Shown: in pieces, positions 30,693 through 40,563 of the stretch
How the letters are laid out: each line of letters begins with the position of its first letter
Position numbering within the stretch: the stretch's first letter is position 1
DNA from: an uncultured delta proteobacterium
Lineage (GTDB): Bacteria > Myxococcota_A > Polyangia > Polyangiales > Polyangiaceae
DNA: 64,000 nt
Assembly: GCA_963841435.1 (NCBI GenBank)
Contig: CAWJCS010000001.1
Location: forward strand, 160,001-224,000
Direction of reading: 5' to 3'
Notes under the pieces: generated by a model
Seen by the model: only the letters and a program-made list of their open reading frames with translations
Told to the model about the DNA's origin: nothing
The model's database searches: none
Translations under genes and position numbers: made by a program

Positions 30693-32060
30693 TTGAACAA
30701 CCGAACCATCACTCGCCTCACCCTATCGTGCATCGGCATCCTCGCCGTTGGAGCCTATGCTTGCAGCAGTAGCGACACGGGCGCGCTCGATCCTGGCGGC
30801 TTCACCGGCGGCACCACGAGCTCGGGCGGATCGGGCGGCACGATCCCCACGGTGACCGGTGGTTCTGCGGGTAGCGCGGTCAGTGGTGCTGGCGGCACGA
30901 CGGGTGGGACCGGCGGCTCCGGCATCGCGGGCTCCTCGATCATCGACCCGACACAGGGCGGCACGGCCGGTACGCCCGAGGTCAACGAAGACGCAGCGTG
31001 CGGTACCGGCGAAGCGAGCGCGGACCTCAAAGAGGTCACCATGTTCATCATGTTCGACCGCTCGTGGTCGATGACCCAATGTTCCGACCCCACGCAAATG
31101 CCCCCGCTCGGCATGCAGGACAGCCTCGCCTGCACGGATGGCGTGACCCCGAGCCGCTGGGAGCTCACGTCGCAGGCGCTCACGCTGTTCTTCCAGGATC
31201 CCGCAGCGGCCGATCTCCACGTCGCGTTGCGCTTCTTCCCCGACGATGTCGCGGGCTGCACGGGCTTCGATAACAACGCCATGATGACGCCAAACTGCGA
31301 CGCCACCATCTGCGCGCAGCCGCAGGTGGACCTCGGTGTGCTCACGGCCGACGCCGCGCCCACGGATGCGCAGGAGGCAGCCCTAGTTGCGGCCGTCGCA
31401 GGAGCGACGCCGCCCGGGCCCGCCATCCCGAACCCGAATCCCGCCACGCCAACGTCCGCGGCGCTCGGCGGCGCCGAGCAGTGGGCGATCGCGCACCAGA
31501 TGGCGTCCCCCAACGAGCAAACGGTCGTCGTGCTCGTCACCGACGGTGAGCCCTACGGGTGCGACACGAGCACGAACAACATCGCGACCCTCGCGCGCGA
31601 CGCCTACATGAACGCGGGCGTCCTCACGTACGTCATCGGCCTCACGGGCTCGAGCGAGCAGCAGCTCAATCAGCTCGCCGCGGCCGGCGGCACCGACCAG
31701 GCCTATTTCGTGGCCGACGGCAGCACCGCGACCCAGGACCTGCTGAACGCGCTCCTCGCGATCCGCGGCATGCCAATCACGTGCGACTTCGCGGTTCCCA
31801 CGTCCACGGCGACGGGCGACGAGATCGATCCGCACCTCATCAACGTGAACTACACGGCTGCGGGCGGCGCCGACGTGGAGCTCGGGCTCGTGGCCGATGC
31901 GTCGGCCTGCGGCGCCGAGCAGGCCTGGTACTACGACAACCCGGACATGCCCACGCGCATCATCCTCTGCCCCTCCGCCTGTACCACCATCACGGGTGAT
32001 CCGATGGCGCAGATCCAGATCCTCGCGGGTTGCAAGCCGCGCATCACCGTTCCGAAGTGA
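30693..32060 (+). CDS. vWA-domain lipoprotein with Gly-rich linker
   Basis: Lipobox AYAC; MIDAS-like DRSWSM, TPT, VLVTDGEP; C-terminal WYYDN...IILCP; TTG 30693 has an RBS (ORF track starts at 30606). Confidence 0.85.
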   Translation: MNNRTITRLTLSCIGILAVGAYACSSSDTGALDPGGFTGGTTSSGGSGGTIPTVTGGSAGSAVSGAGGTTGGTGGSGIAGSSIIDPTQGGTAGTPEVNEDAACGTGEASADLKEVTMFIMFDRSWSMTQCSDPTQMPPLGMQDSLACTDGVTPSRWELTSQALTLFFQDPAAADLHVALRFFPDDVAGCTGFDNNAMMTPNCDATICAQPQVDLGVLTADAAPTDAQEAALVAAVAGATPPGPAIPNPNPATPTSAALGGAEQWAIAHQMASPNEQTVVVLVTDGEPYGCDTSTNNIATLARDAYMNAGVLTYVIGLTGSSEQQLNQLAAAGGTDQAYFVADGSTATQDLLNALLAIRGMPITCDFAVPTSTATGDEIDPHLINVNYTAAGGADVELGLVADASACGAEQAWYYDNPDMPTRIILCPSACTTITGDPMAQIQILAGCKPRITVPK

Positions 32061-32173
32061 CGCGAGCCTTCGTCGGCGCGCGGGTCTAGCCGCGCGGTGC
32101 CGGACGCCCTGCCGGGTCAGCGGGGCCGCCGACGCTTGCCTGCCCGTCGCCGGGGCGACGCCCGGCGCTCGGC

Positions 32174-33535
32174 TCACAGTCGCGTTCGCGCGATGATTTC
32201 TGGGACGGTGAGCTCGGCGCCCACGGGGACGCCCTCGGCCGTGACGTCGGCGGGACAGCGGCCTTCTACGACGAGCTTTGCGAGCGGCTCGAGCAGGACA
32301 CGCTCGCTCTCGCCGGCGGCGTTCCAACGCGCACGCCGCTCGAGCCCGCCGAGCGCCATGTCGAGCAGCCGCTCGGCGAGCTCGCGCGCGCTCCGGCCGC
32401 CGATGCTCGCCGAGAGCGCGTCGCGGACGAGCGCCGGGCGCGCGGCTTCGACGGTGTCGAGCTCGAACGTCGCGGCGAGCGCTTCTGCTTCCGCAAGGGC
32501 GCGGGCGTCGTAGAGCAGGCCCGTGAAGAGCGCCAGCACGGCTAGTGAAAGCTTGCGCGACTGCGCGTCGCAGGCACGCACCTCAATGGTGTTCTTGAGG
32601 CGCGCCTCGGGAAACAGCGTGTTCAGGTGGAGCCGAAAGTCCGACAGCGTCGCGCGCTCGCCCTGGAAGCCGTTCTCGAGAAAATCGCGAAAGGTCTGCC
32701 CCGTGTTGTGGAGCACGCGTCCCTCGCGCTTGACGAGGAACATGCCGGCGTCGAGCGCCCACTCGACGTAGTCGCGGTAGCCCAGGCGGCCGCGCTTCCA
32801 CAGCGGCGGGATCAGGCCGGAGCGGCTCGGGTCCATGTGCCGCCACACCTCGCCGCGCCGGCTCGCGAACGGCGAGCGGCGCCGTTCCTCGAACGGCGAA
32901 TTAGCGGTCATGGCCTGGATCAACGGGCTCAGGCGTAGCGCTACGGTGAGCTTGAGAAGCGCGTCCTCCTCATTTTCGTAGTCGAAGTTCGCCTGCACGG
33001 TAGCCGTGCGGCGCATCATGTCGTGGGCGGCGTGGCCGCGCGTGGGCAAGTACTCGCGCATGATGGCGTAGCGCTCTTTTGGTACCCACCCGAGATCCAC
33101 CTGGCGCGCGATGGGCTGGAAACCGACGCTCAGCCAGGTGATGCCGAGTGCTCGTGACGGCGCGACGAGCTCCTCGAGGTGGCGATCGATGTCGAGCGCG
33201 ACGGCGTGGAGGTCGGGGAGCGCTGCGCCGCTCAGCTCGAGCTGCGAGCCGGGCTCGAGTGTCACCGATTCGGCCTCGCGGCGCAGAGCGATGATGGGCC
33301 CCTTTTCGCTCTCGCGCTCCGGCCTCCAACCTGCCGTCTCGAGCTCGGAGAAGATGCGGGTGACGTCGTGCTCGTAGTCGATGGCGCTGCCGGACTCGGT
33401 GTGCACGCCGAATTTTTCGGCCTCGGCGCCGATGCGAAAGTCGGCCGGCGCCTTTTCTGCGCCGACGAACAAGCATTCGAGGTCGCCGGGGGCGGCGATG
33501 GGACGAAGCTCGTCCTCGCGTGAGGTGCTGGACAT
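32174..33535 (-). CDS. gshA: Glutamate-cysteine ligase (plant/alphaproteobacterial GshA type, GCS2 fold)
   Basis: RIGAEAEKF, TLEPGSQLELSG, PKERYAIMREYL, MMRRTATVQANFD, HLNTLFPEARLKNTIEVR. Confidence 0.88.
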   Translation of the reverse strand: MSSTSREDELRPIAAPGDLECLFVGAEKAPADFRIGAEAEKFGVHTESGSAIDYEHDVTRIFSELETAGWRPERESEKGPIIALRREAESVTLEPGSQLELSGAALPDLHAVALDIDRHLEELVAPSRALGITWLSVGFQPIARQVDLGWVPKERYAIMREYLPTRGHAAHDMMRRTATVQANFDYENEEDALLKLTVALRLSPLIQAMTANSPFEERRRSPFASRRGEVWRHMDPSRSGLIPPLWKRGRLGYRDYVEWALDAGMFLVKREGRVLHNTGQTFRDFLENGFQGERATLSDFRLHLNTLFPEARLKNTIEVRACDAQSRKLSLAVLALFTGLLYDARALAEAEALAATFELDTVEAARPALVRDALSASIGGRSARELAERLLDMALGGLERRARWNAAGESERVLLEPLAKLVVEGRCPADVTAEGVPVGAELTVPEIIARTRL

Positions 33536-33542
33536 GGAGGCT

Positions 33543-34484
33543 TCAGGAATCGGTCGGCGTGTGCCGCGGCTCCGGGTCGATCTCGGTATCCGAGTGGTGC
33601 GCCGGGAGCGAAGGATGGAGCGAGCCGAGAGCGCTCGCCAGCGCGCGCAGGTGTGCTTCCGTCGTCCCGGCCCCGCCGCCGATGACCCGGGCGCCCGCCA
33701 GGTCGAGGTCGAGGGCGTGATCCGCCCACGTGTCCGGCGACCCCGCCTCGTCGGGAAAGCCGGGCAGGGCGGTCTCGCTCGCCGCGAGCAGCACGCCGGC
33801 GGAGAGCCCCAGCGCCTCGAGCGCGTCACGCGCCGCCTCGAGCTCCGCGAGACCGTGCACGACGCTCGACACCTCGAACAACACCGCGCTCGCTCCTGCG
33901 TCACTGAGCGCGTGGAAGAGCTCGGCGTCGGTTGCACCGGGCCCGGTGAGGGTCCGTTCGAGCACGGCCCAGGTGATGAGCTCGGTGCGAGCCGCCGCGA
34001 CGACGCCTGCCATCAGGCTCAGGCGCGAACCCTGCCCGCGCACGATGAGCAGCTCACAGCCCGCCGCCGCGACGCGCGCCGAATGTTCGGCAAGCTCTTC
34101 GTGCAGCCGCGCCGCCGCCACGGGGCCCAGCATGTCCGATCCCAGGACACCGGCCACCGCGATGGGCTTCGGGCTGTCCTCGACGGCGTTCAAGGCGAGC
34201 TCGACGGCGAGTGAGGTGAGCTGCGCGGACCGGTGCTCCATGCCGACCTCCGCGAGCGCCCTCGGCGTCGTGTCGCCGGTGAGAGCGGCCAGCACGTCGG
34301 CGCGGCACTCGACCTCGACCCGATAGTGCGCGAGCGCGTCGAGCGGCCGCTCGCGCAGCAGCGACCCCAGGGCGCCCGGCACATCGAGGGTGACGCCGCG
34401 CGCCCGCAGGCTCGCGCTGCTGTCGGCCGCCACCACCAGGGGCCGGCCGCTTTGGAGACGCTTTACGACGTGCTCGAGGCTCAT
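33543..34484 (-). CDS. Homocysteine S-methyltransferase-fold protein lacking the Zn-binding Cys residues
   Basis: Family-like segments (ADVLAALT, AVAGVLG, GARVIGGGAGTTEAHLRAL), but GGCCG is replaced by GGGAG. Confidence 0.7.
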   Translation of the reverse strand: MSLEHVVKRLQSGRPLVVAADSSASLRARGVTLDVPGALGSLLRERPLDALAHYRVEVECRADVLAALTGDTTPRALAEVGMEHRSAQLTSLAVELALNAVEDSPKPIAVAGVLGSDMLGPVAAARLHEELAEHSARVAAAGCELLIVRGQGSRLSLMAGVVAAARTELITWAVLERTLTGPGATDAELFHALSDAGASAVLFEVSSVVHGLAELEAARDALEALGLSAGVLLAASETALPGFPDEAGSPDTWADHALDLDLAGARVIGGGAGTTEAHLRALASALGSLHPSLPAHHSDTEIDPEPRHTPTDS

Positions 34485-34508
34485 GGGCGGGTCACGCCGT
34501 CTAGCGGC

Positions 34509-35210
34509 CTATTTTTCGTAGGCCTGAGCCACGACCAGTCCACTACCGGAGGTCACGCGCACGATGACCTTGGCTGGTGCGGGGATCACGCCGAACATCC
34601 ACTTGTAGCAGTTCGGCTTTCGGCCGAGCACGGCGGTCGCTCCGCTGTCCTGGTCGACGGCAAGCACCGGCGCCATGCCCGGGACCACCGTGGTGAGCTG
34701 GAGCTCGAGCGCGACTTCGGCAACGGGCGGCACCCCGACCGCGATCACCGAGTAACACTTGTTCGGCTGTAGCTGGATGGGCAGCTCGAGGCTCGTGTTC
34801 GGGCCGAAGTTGCCGACGAGCGTTTCGCCGATCGGTTTCGAGCCCGGCTGAATGTCCTTCTTCGCGAGGTCTGCCAGCGCCGGCTGGAGCACCGCGCCCG
34901 CACCCGGGTCGAGCTTCTGGGGCAGCGGACCGCTCGCCATGCCGGAAGCCCCCGCTGCCTGCATGGCCGTGGCGGTTGCGCCGCCCTGCGCCGCACCAGC
35001 GGCCGCGGGTACCATGCCGGCAGCGCCGCCCTGACCCATCGCGGGCGCTCCACCCGCGCCCGCGCCACCCGGGCCGACTTGACCCTGAACGTAGCCGCCA
35101 GCGGGCGCTTCGCCGTCGTTCTTCTTGCAGGCCAGCAGGGCGAGCGCCGCGACGAAGAGGGCGCCGGGGCGCCGGATGAAGGGATGCGGGTACGGACCAA
35201 TCCTCGGCAT
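34509..35210 (-). CDS. Hypothetical lipoprotein
   Basis: Lipobox ALLAC; Gly/Ala linker; C-terminal domain with LQPNKCYSVIAVG. Confidence 0.75.
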   Translation of the reverse strand: MPRIGPYPHPFIRRPGALFVAALALLACKKNDGEAPAGGYVQGQVGPGGAGAGGAPAMGQGGAAGMVPAAAGAAQGGATATAMQAAGASGMASGPLPQKLDPGAGAVLQPALADLAKKDIQPGSKPIGETLVGNFGPNTSLELPIQLQPNKCYSVIAVGVPPVAEVALELQLTTVVPGMAPVLAVDQDSGATAVLGRKPNCYKWMFGVIPAPAKVIVRVTSGSGLVVAQAYEK

Positions 35211-35263
35211 GCTGGGGTCTCCTCGGCGGGCTGAGCCGCGCGGAGCGTACACCGCGGCCCCGG

Positions 35264-36412
35264 CTACGGGAAGCAGCCGATCTTCGCGGTGCCGACCGCA
35301 AGATCGTCGTACCAGAGCTCGGTATCCGGGCCGGCGTACTTCTCGTAGCCGAAGCGAAGCGCGTCGTACGTTTCCTGCTGCCAGTCGGTGCGGTGGAGGT
35401 CGGGCACCTCGACGCCGTCCACCCAGAAGTCGACCGTGCTCGCCGGGGTATCGAAGTACGACTCGACGCACGCCCATGTGGCGGGGGCGATCACGACGCC
35501 AGGCAGCTGATCGTTGTAGAAGTTCTGATTGGAGAGGAAGCCGCGGTCGCCGTCCGGTTGGTTGATCATCAACATGCCGTTCATGACACCGACGCGCGTT
35601 TCGAACGGCGCGTCGCTGCTCGCGTCGAGGCCCGCCTCGAAGTACGTGTTGTGCCCGCCGGTCATCGGCTCGGAGAGCCGCACGTAGACGCGCACGTAGA
35701 GCTTCCCGCTCGGCGCCGGGAAGACGGGCGCGCCCGTGAGCTTGAAGAACGTCTGGTAGCCCGTGGCGTACACATGCACACTCTTCATGCCACTGTGCGC
35801 TGGTGTGGTTGCGTCAACGGTGACCGTGCCGTTGCCGTTCAGGTGAGTGCCGAGACCCATCCCGCTCGGGGGCATGTCGGTCGTCTGATCCTCGAAGTCG
35901 CTGCAGAACGTGAGGCCGCTCGCGCTGCAGGGCCCAAAGACGGCGCCGCCGTTGCCGGCATTTCCCGCCTCGCCGCTGCCAGCCGCGCCCGCAGCGCTCG
36001 CGCCACCGTCGCCGCTCGTTCCGGCACTCCCGGCGCCACCGCTGCCCGAAGCACCAGCGCCGCCGCCGCTGGCGCCTCCACCCGTGCCCGCACCGCCACC
36101 GCTCGTGCCGCCGAGGCCCCCGCCGGCGCTCCCGCTCGCACCGGACGTGCCGGCAGAGGCTCCGTCGCCTGCGCTTCCCGACGCGCCAGCGCTCGCCATC
36201 GCACCGGCTCCGCCCGCACCCGCCGCCAGCCCCGCAGTGCCGGAAGTGCCCGCAGCACCCGCACCGCCCGCTTTCCCGCCAACCCCCGTGCCACCAGCCC
36301 CGCTGCTACCCGAACCGCCCGCGCCACCGGTGCTGCACGCGGTCGCGAACGCGAGCAACAGCATGGACTGCCTGTTTGCAAAACCGCTCGGTACCAACCG
36401 TCGGAGCGCCAA
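35264..36412 (-). CDS. Lipoprotein with Gly-rich linker and Cip1-like/lyase-like jelly-roll domain
   Basis: Lipobox ATAC; FCSDFED, AHSGMKSVHV, KLYVRVYVRL, WACVE, LWYDDLAVG, ends IGC; start may be 36364. Confidence 0.7.
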   Translation of the reverse strand: MALRRLVPSGFANRQSMLLLAFATACSTGGAGGSGSSGAGGTGVGGKAGGAGAAGTSGTAGLAAGAGGAGAMASAGASGSAGDGASAGTSGASGSAGGGLGGTSGGGAGTGGGASGGGAGASGSGGAGSAGTSGDGGASAAGAAGSGEAGNAGNGGAVFGPCSASGLTFCSDFEDQTTDMPPSGMGLGTHLNGNGTVTVDATTPAHSGMKSVHVYATGYQTFFKLTGAPVFPAPSGKLYVRVYVRLSEPMTGGHNTYFEAGLDASSDAPFETRVGVMNGMLMINQPDGDRGFLSNQNFYNDQLPGVVIAPATWACVESYFDTPASTVDFWVDGVEVPDLHRTDWQQETYDALRFGYEKYAGPDTELWYDDLAVGTAKIGCFP

Positions 36413-36559
36413 TATTAGAAGATAACCCGCGCGCGCTCCGGCGTCGATTCACCGGCACGACCGTCATCCGTGGGGGTAGGCGAGTTCCGCTGTCCCTTCA
36501 TTCCGCGGCCGTGAGCCGATTCCGCGCGTCGGTGCACACTGCCGTTTCGATCGCACTAG

Positions 36560-37171
36560 ATGGTTACTCCGCTGAAATTCGTCGGCGATGATTCGGCGCT
36601 GCTCCGAGCGCTGAAGGAACGCCATCCGGGCGCCGTCGCGGCGCTCTACGATCGCCACGCGGCGCACGTGCAACGCACGCTCCGCTCGGCGCTCGGCCCC
36701 GACGCCGATCTGCCCGACCTGCTCCAAGAGGTCTTCATTCGGGCGATGAGCGCCGTGCACGAGCTCGAGAACTTCGACCGCGTGCGAAGCTGGCTCACCA
36801 CGATTGCCGTCTTCACGGTGCGCGCGCACATCCGCCGGCGCTCCCGCCGCAAGTGGCTCAGCGTGTTTTCGCCGCAGCGCACGAGCCCCACGCAGGCCGA
36901 GCCTGCGGCGATGGAAGCGCGTTCCGCGCTACGGCAAACTTACCGGCTGCTCGACGAGCTTTCCGCCAACGAGCGGTTGGCCTTCGCACTGCGCTTCGTT
37001 CAAGGCATGACGCTGCCGGAGGCAGCGGAGGTCTGTCAGGTTTCGCTCGCGACGTACAAGCGGCGGCTGTCCCGCGCCGAGCGGTCATTTCTCGAGGGTG
37101 CACGGCGATACCCCGAGCTCTTCCCCTGGTTGGAGAATGGGATGCGATGGAATCTCGAGAAGTTGGGCTGA
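36560..37171 (+). CDS. ECF sigma factor
   Basis: LYDRHA, DLLQEVFIRAM, SWLTTIAV; region 4 AFALRFVQGMTLPEAAEVCQVSLATYKRRLSRA. Confidence 0.92.
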   Translation: MVTPLKFVGDDSALLRALKERHPGAVAALYDRHAAHVQRTLRSALGPDADLPDLLQEVFIRAMSAVHELENFDRVRSWLTTIAVFTVRAHIRRRSRRKWLSVFSPQRTSPTQAEPAAMEARSALRQTYRLLDELSANERLAFALRFVQGMTLPEAAEVCQVSLATYKRRLSRAERSFLEGARRYPELFPWLENGMRWNLEKLG

Positions 37172-38442
37172 CGGAGCTCGGCAAGGAGCTTGACCGCGCG
37201 CTCGACGAGCTGACGCGGCCAGAGGAGCAAATTCGCTTCGTTCGTACGAGGCTCCTCGAACGTGCGACGTTGAGCGCCGACGGCAAGCTAGGGCTGCTTT
37301 GGGCGATGGCGTGGGGGCGACACCGCACCGCGGTCGTCGGCGCGCTGTGTGGACTATCGATCGCGCTGTTCGCGCTCGGAGTCTGGATGCGCATTCCGAT
37401 CTCGTTCGAGATCGGCGGAACCGGCGTTGTGGCCGGCACGGACGTGCCCATCGTCGCCGACTCGAGTCAATCGGTATCGCTGCAGTTCTCCGAGGGTAGC
37501 TCGGTGGTCGTCGGCCCGACGGGTCGCGTGCGGGTGCTCGCCACGACTCCGAACGGCGCCCACGTGCTCCTCGAGGACGGCGCCGTTGACGTCGCGATCA
37601 CCCATCGCCAGCGCTGGGCGACGGCGTGGCGGTTCGACGCCGGCCCGGTCTCGGTGCAAGTGACCGGCACGCGCTTCCGGCTGGCGTGGAATCAGCGCGC
37701 GCAGACCTTCACGATCGCGGTGAGCGAGGGGTCCGTCGTCGTCGCCGGAAGCTGTTTGCCGAACGGCAAGACGGTCGCGACGGGTGGTCACCTCGACCTC
37801 GATTGCAGTGGGATTGGGGACGAGCAAGCTCCGTCGCGGGCCGGCCCTTCCGCGGACGTGCCCTCTGCCGACGAGGGGTCCCAACCGCCGACGCCCGGCG
37901 TAGCGCCGACGCCCGAGTCGAGCGCGGTGGGCGCGGTGACATCCACCGCAGGCCCGTCGCCGACCGAGCCGGGCGAGAAGACTTGGCGTGAGCTTCTGGC
38001 GGAGGGCGACCTTCCCCGGGCGCTCGCGGCGGCGGAGCGGGCGGGCTTCGCCCAGGCCTGCGCCACGGCCAAGCCGGGTGAGCTCCTCGGGCTGTCGGAC
38101 GCCGCGCGCCTGGCCGCCAACGTGGGGGAGGCGACGCTCGCGGCGCAGACCCTCAGGCGGCGCTTCCCGGGGACGGATTCGGCGGCCGCGGCCGCCTTTC
38201 GTCTGGGGCGCATCGCCTTCGAGCGGCGTGGCGCCTATGCTGACGCGGTGAAGTGGTTCTCCACCTGCCTCGCCGAGGCGCCGAACGGTCCGTTCATGGG
38301 TGACGCCGTGGGGCGCCTGATGGAAGCGCGACAGCGCAGCGGCGATCACTCGGGAGCGCGCGCCGATGCCGAGCGTTACCTCGAACGTTTCCCGAGGGGC
38401 CCGTACGCGAATCTGGCAAGGCGACTGCTGACGGCGCCATGA
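37147..38442 (+). CDS. FecR-like anti-sigma factor with C-terminal TPR
   Basis: Overlaps the sigma gene; single TM; FecR-like AGPVSVQVTGTRF...VSEGSVVV; TPR AAFRLGRIAF...AERYLERFPRGPYA. Confidence 0.85.
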   Translation: MESREVGLTELGKELDRALDELTRPEEQIRFVRTRLLERATLSADGKLGLLWAMAWGRHRTAVVGALCGLSIALFALGVWMRIPISFEIGGTGVVAGTDVPIVADSSQSVSLQFSEGSSVVVGPTGRVRVLATTPNGAHVLLEDGAVDVAITHRQRWATAWRFDAGPVSVQVTGTRFRLAWNQRAQTFTIAVSEGSVVVAGSCLPNGKTVATGGHLDLDCSGIGDEQAPSRAGPSADVPSADEGSQPPTPGVAPTPESSAVGAVTSTAGPSPTEPGEKTWRELLAEGDLPRALAAAERAGFAQACATAKPGELLGLSDAARLAANVGEATLAAQTLRRRFPGTDSAAAAAFRLGRIAFERRGAYADAVKWFSTCLAEAPNGPFMGDAVGRLMEARQRSGDHSGARADAERYLERFPRGPYANLARRLLTAP

Positions 38443-39509
38443 GCCCCGCGCCGGGCCCGCTCACCGGCCTCGCTCGGACGGTCACGGGCGTGCTGGTGCT
38501 CGCGGTGCTCGCGCTGTCCTTCGTGTGCTCCCGCACCGCGTTCGCGGCGCCCGAGCGGGTGGGCGGACGGCTGCGCGTGCTGCTCATCGTCGACGATCCG
38601 AGAGACCCGCTCGTGAAGCGGCTCGAAGCAGAGCTCGGTGGTCTCGACATCTCGCTCATCGAGCGACCGAGTGCCGACCGGCTCGACACCGCCGCTCGCG
38701 AGACGAGCGCCGTGGCGGCGATCCGCGTGCTCCCCGCGCGCAACGGCGTCGAGGTATGGATGGCTGACGCCACGTCGGGGCGGTCGCTCTTGCGCCAGGT
38801 GATCGTCGACGAGTCGCCCGGCGGTCCGAACTACGGCGTCGTGGCGTTGCAAACGGCGGAGCTCATCCGAACGAGCCTGCTCTACGACGAGGGGCAGCCG
38901 CCGCCCGAGCCCGCCGCCGCAGCGCCGCCTGCCGCGACACCCAGCGATGAGCGGCCCGCGCGCGAAAATGAGCGCTCCGCGTCCGAGTCCGGTCAGGCTG
39001 GCGCCCAGGCGAGCCTCGGGGCGCTCTTCAGCCCCGGCGGCGTCGGCCCGGGTCTGCAGCTCTGGTTGTCGGCGCACTATCCCCTCGGCCGCCGGCTCAG
39101 CGTTGCCGTCGACCTCAGCGCGCCGCTCGAGCGCGGCAACATCGATGGACCCGAGGGCTCCGCTCGGGTGGGCGCGTACTTCTTGGGCGCGTTGATCGGC
39201 GCGCGCTGGTCCGAGCTCGCAGGCCCGTGGTTCGCCGGCGTCGGCCTAGGTGGCGGCGTCCTGCGCGCCACGGCCGAGGGCACGACCGCGCCTCCGCTCG
39301 GCGCTGTTTCGGCGCACACGTACGGCGGCGTCGTTTACGCGCGCGCGGACGGCGGATTGCGCCTCGCCTCGTGGCTTCGTGTGGGCGCTCGGACGGTCGT
39401 GGGCTTCACCGTTCCGACCATCGACGTCCATTTCGCCGGCAACCGGGCAGGCTCCTGGGGCTCGCCGCTAGTGGGCGTGTTCGGATTGCTCGAAGTTCCC
39501 TGGGGTTGA
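38439..39509 (+). CDS. Secreted protein with probable C-terminal outer-membrane beta-barrel
   Basis: ATGA coupling; signal peptide; Pro-rich linker; amphipathic Gly/aromatic strands ending GLLEVPWG. Confidence 0.65.
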   Translation: MSPAPGPLTGLARTVTGVLVLAVLALSFVCSRTAFAAPERVGGRLRVLLIVDDPRDPLVKRLEAELGGLDISLIERPSADRLDTAARETSAVAAIRVLPARNGVEVWMADATSGRSLLRQVIVDESPGGPNYGVVALQTAELIRTSLLYDEGQPPPEPAAAAPPAATPSDERPARENERSASESGQAGAQASLGALFSPGGVGPGLQLWLSAHYPLGRRLSVAVDLSAPLERGNIDGPEGSARVGAYFLGALIGARWSELAGPWFAGVGLGGGVLRATAEGTTAPPLGAVSAHTYGGVVYARADGGLRLASWLRVGARTVVGFTVPTIDVHFAGNRAGSWGSPLVGVFGLLEVPWG

Positions 39510-39523
39510 GCGAAGAGGGGACA

Positions 39524-40198
39524 CTAGGGCTCGAAGCGAACGTCGTCGATCCACAGATCGAATCCGTGCGTCGGCCAGATGATGAAGCCGACGAGTTGGT
39601 CGGGGCGAAGGGGCGTCAGCGGATCGCCGTCCCCCTTCTGCGCGAGCGTGTCGAACGGAACGACGATGCGCTGCCAGCTCGGTGAGAGCGCGACGGTCGT
39701 CCGGTAGTAGTCCATGCAGACGTTGCAGTTGCCGCTGTTCCACGCATTGTCGACGGTGGTAAGCCCCACGGGCACCTCGAGGGGCGCCTCGGCGCCGGGT
39801 CCAACCGCGGCCCAGAACGAGATCGCGTGGTAGCTGCTCGCGTCGTACCCGACGGCCACGCCGGGCGTGCTCTTGAAGACCGCCGTCCAGTTTGCGCCCC
39901 AATCGGTGAACCCACTGCCGGCAAAGTGTCCCGCGTTTCGACCGCGCGCGGCGCAGCGCGACGAGTTTTCCGCGACCGGGACGCGGGTGGTGTCCCAGCC
40001 CAAGATCCACCCGCCGTCGCGACCCTGGACCGCGGCGAGCTTGACGTCGCCGTCTTCGAAGTCGTCGATCAGGCGCTCACCCGGTGTGTTCTCCCAGGAA
40101 AGGGGGCCACGGATCGGCTGATCGGGACACCCCTCGCCCACCTGGATGGGCTCTAGCGAGGCGCTGCAGCCGAGCGGGGCGAGCGCCACCGCCGCCAT
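39524..40198 (-). CDS. Lipoprotein with CBM11/CIA30-like carbohydrate-binding domain
   Basis: Lipobox PLGC; LIDDFEDGD, GFTDWGA, YDASSYHAISFWA, WQRIVVPFDTLAQ, FDLWIDDVRF. Confidence 0.75.
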   Translation of the reverse strand: MAAVALAPLGCSASLEPIQVGEGCPDQPIRGPLSWENTPGERLIDDFEDGDVKLAAVQGRDGGWILGWDTTRVPVAENSSRCAARGRNAGHFAGSGFTDWGANWTAVFKSTPGVAVGYDASSYHAISFWAAVGPGAEAPLEVPVGLTTVDNAWNSGNCNVCMDYYRTTVALSPSWQRIVVPFDTLAQKGDGDPLTPLRPDQLVGFIIWPTHGFDLWIDDVRFEP

Positions 40199-40563
40199 AG
40201 CGAGCGCGTTGCCGCTTCGACGGACCCTTGTTCGGCAGGCGAGCCCTCGCACCGCGATGGCTTATCACGAGCGTCCGAGACGGGCTCCCTGAGCCGATTC
40301 CGGCGCTCCGCGGGCACTTGCACGGGCGAGACGGTCGAGCTTGCGACCTTGGCTCGCGTTCCCCGGTTGAACGATGTTTCCCCAGCATTTTTGGTTCTGG
40401 CCCGCCTCGGCCAGTCGAGAGCCGCGCCAGGGGGCGCGGGCGGGGGGCCAGCCGAGCGCTCGGTGGGCTGCGAGGCGGGGCGGCAATTCGATCCGACCGG
40501 CCGCTGGATGGCCGGTGCGGAGGACCTGGTCCCGTTTAGGGGGCACTGAAAGGCAGGACGGCG

